Source: Octopus vulgaris
Lineage: Eukaryota
Direction of reading: 5' to 3'
Assembly: GCA_951406725.2 (NCBI GenBank)
Contig: OX597817.1
Coordinates: forward strand, 8,742,001 to 8,806,000
DNA length: 64,000 nucleotides
Part shown: positions 42,631 through 55,212 of the stretch, in pieces
Layout: each line of letters starts with the position of its first letter
Position numbering within the stretch: position 1 is the stretch's first letter
Made by a program: the position numbers and the translations under genes
The notes under the pieces: generated by a model
Seen by the model: the letters and a program-made list of their open reading frames with translations, nothing else
Told to the model about the DNA's origin: nothing
Database searches by the model: none

Positions 42631-43072
42631 ACACATTTAATTATGTTAATACATTTTATACAGTGTCTATTAAAATAGACGGGATAGTCACGATTGCAAT
42701 GCCCTTACTTATACGTCTGTTCATTCATAGTTGACCTCACAAGAACAACAACAACAACTATTACTACTGCTGCTGGTGTTGCTGCTGCTCACGGTAACCG
42801 ACCACACATATAACATATTTTAAAGGTTGAATTGTAAAGATTGGTATTTTCTTTTGCAGGTCAAGAAATAACATTGGCGGCTGACCCGAAAGGAAACCAA
42901 AATTCATCTTACACTGGAATGCTGTTCATATCTTTAAGATGAGGTTTTCATTACGTAAACGTTTGAACGTGGATTGCATAAAACTTCCGCTCGCCCTACA
43001 CTTGTTTATATATTGCAATGCTAATGCATTTTTTTAATAGTGTGTCTATGTTGGTGTATTTGTGTGTATGTA

Positions 43073-44082
43073 TAGTAATCTCAAGATTAATCAGCCGAAA
43101 TTACTACGATGATCCGGTTCTTGACTGAAGACTGAGGGTTTCGAATGTCCTGTCCGTGTTTATTGTGTCGTCTTCTAAGAGTTATACGTTCTTGTCCATG
43201 TTGTATTTTTCTACATACCTTAACATATATTCCAGGCGCCCCGTACCCTCTTAACATTAATGTGAGCACATATTCTTAATAATTGGTACGACTCTCTGTT
43301 TGTCTCTCTCTCTCTCTCATTTTTACTTGATCTGTCCCCTTCTCTCTCTCTTCTCTCTCCTCTCTTTTCTCTCTACTCATCCTCTTTTTCTCTTCTCTTT
43401 CCTCTGATTCTTTGGTCTAATCTTCCACTACCCTCCTATTTCTTTGTCTCGCTCTGCACTCACAGGTCAATCTTCGACACCCATCCCTTCTCCTCTCTGA
43501 TTCCTTCTTTCTCTCTCTTCTCTCTCTTTGTTGCGTTTGTCCCTCCTCTCTCTCTCTCTTCCTTTGCTTTTCTTTCTTTTCTTTTCTCTCTTCTCTGTCA
43601 CGTGACTGCTGGCTGAAATCTGCCTTTCAGCTTCTGACCATCGTCACGTTAACATCGTTGTTTTTCGTCCGCCGCTATAAAGGCTTTTTCCAATGCGCCA
43701 GAGAAAAAATTTGTTTGCTTGTTATCAGTCGTAAGACACTTGTTGTTTTCACCGTTAATGCTTCTGTATTTCATGTTTCTGTATTCCATTATTGTTTTTT
43801 GTTTTTTTTTATATCTGTCCCTTTTGCTGTCCTGGTGTTCGTATGCATTCGATCCTTCTTCCAGGAAATCTACGCTTCCAGCTTAGTTTTTCTAATGCTC
43901 GTTGCTTAGTTTTTCTTGGAGGGCTGGCTGTGATCTAGTAATCTCAAGATTAATCAGCCGAAATTACTACGATGATCCGGTTCTTGACTGAAGACTGAGG
44001 GTTTCGAATGTCCTGTCCGTGTTTATTGTGTCGTCTTCTAAGAGTTATACGTTCTTGTCCATGTTGTATTTTTCTACATACC

Positions 44083-44086
<4 letters not shown>
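43073..44086 (+). mobile_element. Non-coding element, 863-bp unit with identical 151-bp terminal direct repeats (pseudo-LTR-like)
   Basis: 43073-43223 identical to 43936-44086; CT-rich interior; flanked by TA/TG microsatellite; related copy on the minus strand at about 45080-45300. Confidence 0.8.
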
Positions 44087-44114
<28 letters not shown>

Positions 44115-44118
<4 letters not shown>

Positions 44119-44281
44119 CGCAGGAGTGGCAGTGTAGTAAGTAGTTTGCTAACCAACCACATGGTTCAGGGTTCAGTCCCATTGCGTGGCACCTTGGGCA
44201 AGAGTCTTCTACTATAGCCCCGGGCCGACCAATGCCTTGTGAGTGGATTTGGTAGACGGAAACTGAATGAAGCCCGTCGTA

Positions 44282-44285
<4 letters not shown>
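44115..44285 (+). mobile_element. SINE-B 5' half
   Basis: TAGGCGCAGGAGTGGC...GAAGCCCGTCG then (TA)n. Confidence 0.9.
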
Positions 44286-44347
<62 letters not shown>

Positions 44348-44466
44348 TGCGTATGCATATACGTTTATATGTACAAACACGCACACACACACACATATAC
44401 ACGCACAGAAATATGTGAGTGTATGTGTGTGTGTATCTCTGTATGTGTGTGTGTCTGTATACATCA

Positions 44467-44592
44467 CATGGCTCAGTGGTTAGAATGTCGGGCTCGCAGT
44501 TACAAAGTAGTGAGTTCGATTCCTGGATCGGGCTGTGAGTTGTGTTCTTGAGTAAGATACTTTATTTCATGTTGTTCCAGTTCACTCAGCTT
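44467..44592 (+). mobile_element. tRNA-derived SINE fragment (family D)
   Basis: TGGCTCAGTGGTTAG A box, GAGTTCGATTCC B box, TTCTTGAGTAAGATACTT CORE-like; weaker relatives at 48935-49035(-) and 56515-56645. Confidence 0.7.
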
Positions 44593-44689
44593 ACATACAT
44601 GTGCATATACATATATATATACATACACACACATATACATACATATATCTACATAACAGGCCACTAATTATTCTACTCTAGCTGTGTAA

Positions 44690-45060
44690 ACTGGGTATGG
44701 GGCTATGATATCTACTAAGTATATTTCCTATTTAGTATTGGGGAGGTTTCATTTATGAGGACGTACTCCTGTATTTGTCTGAGTGTTGCGTCCTTTGGGT
44801 GCTTGGATAAAATGCAGAGGTCAAGTTGACCCAGGTTGCCTCCATGTTTATCCTTGGTATGTATGGAGGATTTTTGTTGTTGTTGTCATATTGTCCCCAA
44901 TGTTCATTTAGTCGTTCCGCAATGCTCCTATGTGTCTCCCCTATGTATGTCATTATACGTAATGATACCAGTGGTACCTCCCCTAGATATAGAAACTAAA
45001 ACTGGAATAGGATACAAAGAACTTGTGACAAAGCAAGCAGTGAGAACACGTTGTATAAAA
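44690..45060 (-). mobile_element. PLE GIY-YIG fragment
   Basis: MTYIGETHRSIAERLNEH in ORF 44753-44953. Confidence 0.7.
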
Positions 45061-45079
45061 CCGACAAATATCAAGGTGA

Positions 45080-45535
45080 GTTCCAGATTATCTTTGCATT
45101 TTCGGCTGGTTATACTCGAGATTGCTCCAATCTGGCCAGCCCCAAGGAAAAACTAAACTAAGACCATTAGATTCCTTAGAAGAAAGCAGTGAATGTATAC
45201 GAAAACGAGGACGGCAAAAACAGAGAAATGTTACACAAATACAAATGCAATTAACAGGACATAACAACAGGTGTCTTTCGACTAAGGACGAATTAAATTA
45301 AGCTGGCGTGTGTGGTAGTAAAGCCTTGCGGCAGGGACATAAGATTTAACAAGCACAGGGAGGAATATAGATGTTGCACGGGTGGTAGTCGAACCAAGAA
45401 AGAAAGGTCAGGCCTTTCTTTATATGTATTACTGCAAATCGCAGTAATAAGTATATCACTGCGATTTGCACGTGCTGTTCCGTTCATCGTATCAGCTGGG
45501 ACTTTCGCCATCGCAGCAGACGGAGTGTTCCTATA
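45080..45535 (-). mobile_element. Relative of the 43073-44086 element
   Basis: Reverse complement shares TTAGTTTTTCCTTGGGGCTGGC...AATCTCGAG...CAGCCGAAA with 43905-43965. Confidence 0.6.
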
Positions 45536-45565
45536 CATACATATATGCATATATATATATATATA

Positions 45566-45760
45566 TAGTTAATCCAAACAAGAAAGCGCAAAAAAAAAAA
45601 CACAACGCGAGGACGTGGAACAAATATAGTATTATTGGACGCTCAGGAAAGAAGGAAAGAAGGAGGGTTTAACGTTTCGAGCGGAGCTCTTCGTCGGAAA
45701 CATAAGGAGAAGGAAAGATCCAGAGAAGGGAGACAGAGGAAAAAAAATCGCCAACGGTAC
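45566..45760 (-). mobile_element. PLE terminal repeat with minimal hammerhead-like motif (45667-45701)
   Basis: Minus strand GTTT-CCGACGA-A-GAGC-TCC-GCTC-GAAA-CGT-T-AAAC; downstream CCTGAGCGTCCAATAATAC resembles 27118-27137; in (TA)n. Confidence 0.75.
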
Positions 45761-45763
45761 GTA

Positions 45764-45806
<43 letters not shown>

Positions 45807-45864
45807 TGTTGCCCCAGTCTGGCTGCGGCCTTCGGGCTAAAACATTTTAAAGGATTTTTTAAAG

Positions 45865-45900
<36 letters not shown>

Positions 45901-45908
45901 ACATACAT

Positions 45909-45972
<64 letters not shown>

Positions 45973-46917
45973 TTATTCACAATTTCTGTCGACTATTTTC
46001 CACATCCCAGTCCTTGGCCTATAGGCGCGCTGTCTCCTCTCCGTGTTTTATCGATCGTTACTTTAGACGTTGCTCTTATCCCTTCTCTATTTTGACTCTC
46101 CTTATCCCTTTGTCTCTTCATGTCTCGTCACTCCTTGTATCCAAACCCCCAATCTTCGCACTAACTATAATGTCCAATCCTTTCTTCTCTACAACGTCAG
46201 ACCTACGAAAATTTCTTCCTTACTATAGTTTTATCCTGCAGTTTAAACCTGTCATTAGCGACATCATGCTCAGTGGTCTCAAAGGCCATAAAATGTTATG
46301 GGCACTGTCCCTTCCTCTCAGACTCGGCAGATTAAAATTAAAAAAAACAACAAGAAAATAAAAACAAAACGAAGTCGATTCGAAGCTTTCATAACAAACA
46401 ACACACTTGTTTAGCGTGCTACGCAGCAGGAGCGAACAACAAAACGTATAACAGGCGAAATTCTCAAGCACAGAAAGAACTATGCCAGCGCCTTCTATTT
46501 TAATAAGTAGTAGGATGCATTTTGAAGTGGGATTCGCCTACTATTTCTAGTACTTTAGACAGCCACATAGAGAAAGACACAGTTGTTCATTCGTGACATC
46601 CATTTATCACTGTGGTGTGTTCGTTTTAAAACTACGCAGTTTCTTTCTGCGTCTTAGCTATTTCGACACATCACGTAAGCAGCGAAGATCTCGGTTGCAA
46701 TACGATTTAATTGTTTCTAACTTTAGACCCGTTTTCCTGTCGTCGACGATTACCGCTCACAGATAGATACATATTGCACATTACACATATACACGTGGAT
46801 AGAAAGATGTAAATACACGTACACACTGAGACACACACATATACATATGTATATACATACAAATACATATACACTCTGTGTGTAGCATTTATACATATAT
46901 ATATATACGTATATATT

Positions 46918-46989
<72 letters not shown>

Positions 46990-47193
46990 CGCAAATGCAT
47001 GTGTGTATGTATGCTGATATATATATATATATATATACATATATATATACATATGTATATGTGTATGTGTGTATGCATGTATATACGTACTTACTCAAAC
47101 ACGCACACACAGACACATATCCTTGCGCATAATAAATTATTTGGTCGTCCAAACATGCCCTAGCAAGCAGTCATACACTCGCGCGCGTGCACA

Positions 47194-47224
<31 letters not shown>

Positions 47225-47520
47225 GCACGCACGCACACACATACACACGCACATGGTCGTATACACACAGATACACACCCAATTACACATTGGTAAACAG
47301 TGTGGCATGCACACATTACATATTATACGTAATACACGTATTTTAAGACGCATGCACACACGTTCACGCACAAAACACCTCCTTCCATTAACACATAACA
47401 GTGGCAGGTAAACACGCACGCACAGGTAAGAAAGCTGATACACAAATACAAACATGCGATGTCTTGCACCAAGTAACAAACACACCCTTGAGTCTGTCGC
47501 CGTCAGAAATACAGTAAACC

Positions 47521-47696
47521 TATTTCTTTATTACCCACAAGGGGCTAAACATAGAAGGGACAAACAAGGACAGACATAGGTATTAAGTCGATTACATCGA
47601 CCCCAGTGCGTAACTGGTACTTAATTTATCGACCCTGAAAGGATGAAAGGTAAAGTCGACCTCGGCGGAATTTGAACTCACAACGTAACGGCAGAC
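47521..47696 (-). mobile_element. Headless SINE-A unit with 15-bp direct repeats
   Basis: GAAATACAGTAAACC at 47506-47520 and 47697-47711. Confidence 0.9.
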
Positions 47697-47792
47697 GAAA
47701 TACAGTAAACCATTGATCCATCTATGGAAACCTATAACAAACAAAGTTAGTGTTTACCAATTATAATAAAAATGATCGATTAAACAAGTATA

Positions 47793-48160
47793 TACTAAGA
47801 TAGGCTGAATACTTCATAGGTTGAAAAGTTCATAGGCTGACCAAGATATTCTCAGAGACTGTGACCAAACGAGGTTTATTTTACAACATAGTGCCCCTTG
47901 CGGTTTACGTGCTTCTTCCATCGGTGTTTCAGCGCTGGGATTTCATTGGTGAAGAAGCCTTTTTGCACTGGTGATAAAGCGGGGTCATCATCACTTAATG
48001 TAGCAACCGCATCAACATGAATGTCTTTGGGGTCTCAACCCGTTTTCTGCAGGAACTTGATAATACTACAATATCGAATTTTGTCTATTTTCTTGAGAAG
48101 TTGCTACTAGTTATTTTTGAACTCTTCTTTGTATAGCAAGATGTCAGTTTACATAGTAAG
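47793..48160 (-). mobile_element. Internally deleted mariner
   Basis: Minus-strand IDKIRYCSIIKFLQK..PKDIHVDAVATLSDDDPALSPVQK (mariner N-terminal HTH) joined to a TIR-like GGTTGAAAAGTTCATAGGCTGACC end. Confidence 0.7.
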
Positions 48161-48179
48161 AAACAACACAATTAGTAAT

Positions 48180-48563
48180 TGTTTTGGCACAAGGCCAGCA
48201 ATTTTGGGGAAGGGGCTAAGTCGATTACATCAACCCCAATGCTCAACTTGTACTTATCTCATTGACCCCCAAACGATGAAAGATAGAGTCGACCTCAGCG
48301 AAATTTGAGCTCAGAATGTAAGGTCGGACGAAATACCTATTTCTTTAGTACCCACAAGGGGATAAACACAGAGAGGACAAACAAGGACAGACAAACGGAT
48401 TAAGTCGATTATATCGACCCCAGTGCGTAACTGGTACTTATTTAATCGACCCCGAAAGGATGAAAGGTAAAGTCGACCTCGGTGGAATTTGAACTCAAAA
48501 CTTAGCGGCAGACGAAATACGGCTACGCATTTCGCCCGGCGCGCTAATGTTTCTGCCAGCTCG
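48180..48563 (-). mobile_element. SINE-A dimer (head, long-tail body, short-tail body)
   Basis: Reverse consensus with internal GAAATACCTATTTC junction at about 48330. Confidence 0.9.
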
Positions 48564-49302
48564 CAGTATTTGCACTTATTTATAAGAGTTTGAAATGAAT
48601 GCACGCAAGATTTCACAGTCTTAGCATCATTCCTTCATATTCAGCCTGTGAACTTTTCAGTTCACATTTACATTCGAATGCGTATTCTAAGATGTGCATA
48701 CGTTTACACACGTCTAAAAACATGCACATATGCTCGCACATGCTCACATACACGTCCACTTGCGAACACAGAGACACTCGCATAAACACAGAGTCGTTCC
48801 CGCAAAAAAATTAGTCGCCCGGACACAGCTGTCTCGAGTTCTAAGACGCATGGAATCCGGTTATCCGGTTTGACCGGGATCACAAGATTCCCACTGAACT
48901 GGACGTCATTAGATCGCAGCGTTTTGTTGTGCAGCAAAGTGAAACTAAGTGTTCAAGAACACCATGTAGCCCTCGGTCCGGGACTCGAAAATATTATCTT
49001 GCGATTGTAAGCTCAACGCTTTAAGCATTAGCCAGGCGCATGCACCGTGTCAGCATAGGCGTTTATATATACACAAATCTATGCATTTCTTACTTTTGAC
49101 AAACAGAATAATGACCATCTAAAACAGCCTGAACGAAAACGGTTTATTTCATTCTGATAAAATTCAAGAAAGTAGAGCTGGTGACATACAAGCGTCTACC
49201 GTAAAAATATATGCCAAATGTAAGGTGGGAAAGGAGTGTTCTTGGAATTAATTTGAACAATTCACCATCACAAACCAAACATATATATATATACATATAT
49301 AT

Positions 49303-49660
49303 AAGAAAGTGAATGAATTATCCTAGTATGGGTAATTCGGTTAACCGATACCTGGGTAGCAAATTCACGTCAGAAAACAAGGTTGAAGCTATATGCCAAA
49401 GGCAGAAATCCCGTGTTCTTGTGTGGAAATTCGTGTGTTTTTTTTAACTATAAATAAATGAAAGAATGGAGTCGAACGACGATTTTAACAAAATTCCTTT
49501 ACTCTCAACACGTTTCGAAGACTGTATACTCTTAATTCCGAAGGAATAAAGGGTGCATTATGCACCCTTTATTCCTTCGGAATTAAGAATATGCACCCTT
49601 CGAAACATGTGTCGAGAGTAAAGGAATTTTGTTGAAATCGTCGTTCGACTCCATTCTTTC

Positions 49661-49671
<11 letters not shown>
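49303..49671 (-). mobile_element. PLE-like terminus with about 110-bp-arm palindrome (49449-49671)
   Basis: Centre GGGTGCAT-T-ATGCACCC at 49559; contains CGAAACATGTGTC; shares AACCGATACCTGGGTAGCAAA with 40129; in (TA)n. Confidence 0.75.
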
Positions 49672-49706
<35 letters not shown>

Positions 49707-49832
49707 GGTATCCCAACAAAGAGCTTATGAAGCATTTTGTCCGGATTGTTAATCCCTCACTATTAGCTATATATATATGTGTGTGTGTGTGTGTGTATAA
49801 GTATTTATGTATGTATATATGTATATATATAT

Positions 49833-50105
49833 ATTTGGTAGACAGAAACTGAAAGAAGTCCGTCGTATATGTGTGTGTGTGTGTGTGTATCTATGTGTGT
49901 GTCAATTTCTCCCTCTTTTTGTGACTCTCCTCGTTTGACTACTGCTGCTTGTGTATTTACGTAAACTAGCGGTTCGTCAAAAGAGACCGATGAAATAAGT
50001 ACTAGGTTTATAAAAAAATAGTCCGGGCGTCGATTTGTCCGAATACAAATCCTTCAAGGCGGTACCCCAGCATGGCCGCAGTCATAATGACTGAAACTAT
50101 AAAAA
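49833..50105 (+). mobile_element. SINE-B, 5'-truncated
   Basis: TTTGGTAGACAGAAACTGAAAGAAG...CCAGCATGGCCGCAGTC. Confidence 0.85.
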
Positions 50106-50112
50106 ACAGACT

Positions 50113-50150
<38 letters not shown>

Positions 50151-50495
50151 AAATTGTTACCAGTTCAAGTATGCTTGAGGTATATTCGAACCCGTAAAAA
50201 AGTCAATCACTGTATTTTGCCATGTAGAAAAATTTTTATCTGGTTGTAGACAAAGAGGTGTAAATACACCGAGTCAGTTCACAACGCTCCCTAACCGGAC
50301 TGTAGGATCCATGCTTTTCGGAGTGGTTACTTTCTCTTCAGGTACAGAAAGCCTAAGGGCAGACGCCACAAGAGACAGGTCGCTTCTTATGTCTCCAAGT
50401 AAAATGTATTCTTTTCTACTCTAGACACAAGGCCTCGAAATTTTTGGTGAGAGGAGCCCAGTCGATATACATATATACATGTGTGTGTGTATGTA

Positions 50496-50571
<76 letters not shown>

Positions 50572-50572
<1 letters not shown>

Positions 50573-50793
50573 TGGGTTGGCCAAAAAAGTCACCCGACAG
50601 TAAATCAAAATTCCATAAATACTATTTGTAATTCGATATGGACGCGAATGGAAAAATGTGTCGCTCAAGAGGGACTTCAGTTTGAACGATTTTCATCATG
50701 TTTCATATTTAGACGCTTTTATTAAATTCATTCAGTTTTCTTGGAGTTAAATGTCTTTGATTTACTGTCAGGTGACTTTTGGCCAAACTCTAG
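50572..50793. mobile_element. Tc1/mariner-type MITE
   Basis: TIRs TTGGCCAAAAAAGTCACCCGACAGTAAATCAAA / TTTGATTTACTGTCAGGTGACTTTTGGCCAA next to (TA)n. Confidence 0.8.
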
Positions 50794-50799
50794 CTCTCC

Positions 50800-51033
50800 A
50801 CGAATTTTATACTTTTAAACTGTTTGAATGCTGCTGTCTAACGAAGTTTTCCTATCTTGTCGTTAAAAGCACGAAAGAGTCAGTAAGACTGACGACAAAT
50901 GATGAGTGAGTTGTCTTCTTTTGGTATTTTGTCCTGCACTTTCCTCTCCTGTGTTTACGTATTTTTTACCCGTTGGTGATGTCCTGTACTTATTGTGTAT
51001 GTTTTGGCATTTTGTTCTGTACTTGTCTCTCCT
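50800..51033 (+). mobile_element. Repeat terminus (possibly PLE-related), same family as 58285-58620
   Basis: Shared GCACGAAA...TGATGA and GTTGGTGATGTCCTGTACTTA motifs. Confidence 0.5.
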
Positions 51034-51043
51034 ATATTTACGT

Positions 51044-51417
51044 GGAGGCGCAATGGCCCAGTGGTTAGGGCAGCGGACTCGCGGTCATAGGATCGCGGTT
51101 TCGATTCCCAGACTGGCCGTTGTGAGTGTTTATTGAGCGAAAACACCTAAAAGCTCCACGAGCCTCCAGCAGGGGATGGTGGTGATCCCTGCTGTACTCT
51201 TTCACCACAACTTTCTCTCACTCTTACTTCCTGTTTCTGTTGTACCTGTATTTCAAAGGGCCGGCCTTGTCACTCTCTGTGTCACGCTGAATATCCCCGA
51301 GAACTACGTGTCTGCGGAGTGCTCAGCCACTTACACGTTAATTTCACGAGCAGGCTGTTCCGTTGATTCGGATCAACGGGAACCCTCGTCGTCGTAACCG
51401 ACGGAGTGCTTCCATCC
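51044..51417 (+). mobile_element. SINE family C, near full length, with 10-bp TSD
   Basis: GGAGGCGCAATGGCCCAGTGGTTAG A box, GGTTTCGATTCCC B box, CCAT tail; TSD ATATTTACGT at 51034-51043 and 51418-51427. Confidence 0.9.
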
Positions 51418-52007
51418 ATATTTACGTATTTTTCAATCGTTGGTGATGTCTTGTACTCAATATGTAATTTTTATTTATATATATATATATATATATGTAT
51501 ATGTATATACACGTATATCTGTACAATAGATGAACGCATAAATACACAGACTCACAGCGTATATAATTATACATATATTTATGTATGCGTATTTGCGTAT
51601 GTGTGTGTGTGTGTGTGTATACAATAATGTACAATATATCCATATGCTTACGTACACGCACACACACATATGTACACAACTATGGAGAAGACGACCGGAT
51701 CCTTCAAAGATTGGACAGGAGAACAATTGCTGAAGAACTAGAAAAGCTGCAAGGCCAGAAAAAAAAAAAGCATACTCACGTATCAAAAAAAAATTGCTAC
51801 AGTTTTTACATATTTTATCTCTTCATGTGTAAGTATGTGTGTGTGTGTGTGTGTTTGAACTTTAAGCTTCCCTAGAACTGCAGTATTTTTGCTATCCTGT
51901 GTTGCTTATCCTGTCCAGTCTGCGAAAGTTCCACATTTCAAAGGTTTCTGTCTTTTTCTCCGTAGCTGTAAACATGTGTGTTTGGGTGTGTGAGTGTATG
52001 TACGTAC

Positions 52008-52060
<53 letters not shown>

Positions 52061-52133
52061 TATGTGTGTGTGTATGTATGTATATATATATATATAATAT
52101 ATATATGTGTGTGTATGTGTGTGTGTATGTATG

Positions 52134-52166
<33 letters not shown>

Positions 52167-52301
52167 ATGTGTGTGTGTATGTATGTATGTGGTGCTATTA
52201 AGTTAGACATGGCCTGGACCAATCTTTGGTCGAAACATATATAAGTTTATCTAAGTTTATGTGTATATGTATGAATGCATATGGATATATAAATGCATAC
52301 C

Positions 52302-52349
<48 letters not shown>

Positions 52350-52941
52350 TGCATACACATATATGTTAATATGTGTGCTTATGCATATACTCATATGCGT
52401 ATATATGTATGTGTGTATGCGCAAGGGTCTAATGTGTATCATGCAAGATAAATTTTTGATGTATTGAAACTATCCTCGCTTCTAGAAAATATGCAGCATT
52501 AAATGAACATGTATTTTAATTTCAGGACTTTTCAATTCTCCAAAATTGAAGGGGCCTCCAGGGAAAAGAATCTCAGAATGTCTGGAGATAACAAGACACC
52601 TGTGATCACGTTTCTTCATTAATAAGCATCATCAGCAATTCAACCTTCTTTATCTTATTTCCATTCTTTGTTTACAAATAAAAGCATCTGGCCATTCTGA
52701 GATATGTCTCTTGGCTCTTTTCGCTCTGCTTTTACCAAGCACCCCTTCTGTTTAAATGAGTTTTCCCACGGACCCCAGGATATTCTTATCCTTTACTGAG
52801 ATCTCCCTTTTAGTAGAAAGAATAGCTATAACTCTTTGACTGCTATTTCTAAATTCGGTGTGTGGTGAGGCAAATCGTTGCTAAACCCTTAATTACTTAG
52901 TATATACATATATATATAAATAAATAACTAAAATCAAAATT

Positions 52942-52979
<38 letters not shown>

Positions 52980-52984
52980 AAATT

Positions 52985-53045
52985 TTGAATTTAGTTCACG
53001 GACCCCCAGTACAACATTTGCAGACCACTGGTTGGGAACCACTGA
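52985..53045. mobile_element. hAT (Charlie-type) right end
   Basis: CACGGACCCCCAG...GGTTGGGAACCACTG. Confidence 0.6.
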
Positions 53046-53313
53046 CCTAGGCCGTGAACGTGTTCTGCTCTTCTTTGAATATACCTGTCTCATTCTGTAG
53101 AAGACGAGGTAAAACAACTGCTGAACTGATGAGGACTATCGGGTCAGAAACACTAGACCACAAGCAGCTGCAGAATATTTTTGGCGATTTTTAGCCTCAT
53201 GAAATAGCTCAGTAAAAATACAGCATAGTCTATAACTATTAATTGCTTACAGCAAAATATTTTAAAACTTATAAACGATTCGAAAACTGACCATTGGACT
53301 ACTTGAATCTCAA

Positions 53314-53695
53314 TCTCTCTCTATATAAACGGCAGTTTGTCTGTCTGCGTGTCTGTGTGTCTGTTAGGTTGTACCCTCACTCTGACCACGGCTTTCAACC
53401 GATTCTGATGAAACTTGACACACACATAGCCCAATGTCATAATTCAAAACTAACGCAGCGAAAATTTTGAAAAGTTCCCCCAGTTCTGAAAAAAATCGAT
53501 AAATTCGACATGGGGTCGAGAATCAGAAACACAAACCACAGATTGTCTAGGGGACGCAACTCGACCTTTTTAACTCTCAAAAAATTTACCATCATTTTTT
53601 TTCCATTTTTTTGCTATTTTTTGGCTATAACTCTCTAAAAATGCTTTATAGTTATTTCCCTTACAAACCCGAGCAACGCCGGGCGATACTGCTAG
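53314..53695 (+). mobile_element. Non-autonomous Helitron, second subfamily
   Basis: A^TC start, CCCGAGCAACGCCGGG hairpin, CTAG^T end; 3' about 120 bp shared with 2130 and 55630. Confidence 0.85.
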
Positions 53696-54789
53696 TTGGT
53701 ATTATTGCTCGAAGACAATAAGTAATGCTCGGACATTGTAACTTATTTATAACGCCCCTCATTTACATTACAGAAAGGACGTCTTATACTTTATGCACTC
53801 GTATACATTATTGATTAATTGATTTTGTTTTAGTCGACATAATTCCCTTGATAATAACTGATCTCACTTCTGGATCCTGTTCGAGAACGTTTACTGTGAT
53901 TGTTTCTGTTGTTGTCGAGTTTCTTATCTGTGTTTGTTGAATCGTTCGCTAGTTGCATCATATCTTTTATAAATGTTATGAATGGCTTCTTGTTTGTTGA
54001 CTATTAAATATTCCAGATTGTTACACATGAAACTAATATGATACTGCGCATAACCTATGACACTCTGGAGACAATACTCTCCTGATTAAGTATGTCGGGC
54101 TTGATAACAAACTCTTGTACTCTAACATATGATATGACAAATTGTTAAGCCAAACAACTACTTTTGTAAAATCGACTACATGTAACCCTATATAAAATCA
54201 CTCAGTTGCTGCGATATTTTTTGACATATTTCCCTTTGTGTAGCATCCGGCTTTTGTAACCGATCGGCAACAATTTGAAGTAATAATTGTTAAACAAATA
54301 TCTCACTGACCAATAAACTTCATCCTAATAAAGATAACAATCTCTGCTGGTTTTCATGCTGAGACGAAACGGACGAGTGGACAAGGTATGTGACACCAGC
54401 GCATGTTTTATGTATTCATATTTCTCCTCTGACGTTTCAAATTGTCACTGGTAAAATGAATAAATTACTAAGTACTTGACCTTTATCATAATGTAAAATA
54501 GATAGATTCTAGAATTATCAAACTGCTTCTTGGTAAAACCTTAGCCACCATCATTTATTTATCTTTCATCTTCTTAATGCTACAGAAAACAGATTAAGGT
54601 ATTATTAAGTCAATAAGAAAGCCAAATGACTGAGTCGTATGAAAGTTGTATATATTGCCTTGCGGTATTCCTTGCAGTTCTCTGCGATCTGAGTTCAATA
54701 CCCCGATGTCAACTTTTCATCTTGATCTTACTTTTTCTCTGGACTTGATTTTTCTTTTTCTGTCCTTTTACTCTGTCTGTCGGTTGTCC

Positions 54790-54879
<90 letters not shown>

Positions 54880-55019
54880 CACTGGAAGAAATCGGCTGCA
54901 ATCAGACCCAAAAAGGGATGGACGTTGATCGGCCTTGCGGACCAACAGTGACAAACGAAATATATACCTCCGATAATTGTTGTTCACAAGCAACGGTAGT
55001 AATTTTATTCAGCTGAATG

Positions 55020-55212
55020 CACGTCATTGATTGGTTGAAATTACCGAATTACGAGAACTTTAACACAAAATAACTTCGTAAACAAACTTTTCTGAAAAAC
55101 GTTAAGAGTAAAAGATGTATTATGTGACACATTCTACCAGTATACGAAGTTTGAAAGTGTTTAGTTACAAAAAGTTATTTTCTAAATCTGCCGGTCAAAA
55201 GGCAAAGATCCA
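55020..55212. mobile_element. Right arm of the MITE family seen at 33164
   Basis: TGTGACACATTCTACCAGTATACGAAGTTTGAAAGTGTTTAGTTAC...GCCGGTCAAA...AAAGATCC. Confidence 0.75.

Noticed and set aside
43073-44086. Canonical LTR retrotransposon or TRIM
   Set aside because: Repeats lack TG...CA ends, and no PBS, PPT or 4-6 bp TSD is visible.
51044-51120. tRNA gene
   Set aside because: A and B boxes are present but it continues into a SINE body with a TSD; the same applies to the other SINE heads.
51680-51780. Short coding-like stretch (YGEDDRILQRLDRRTIAEELEK)
   Set aside because: Too short, no clear splice sites, sits among microsatellites.
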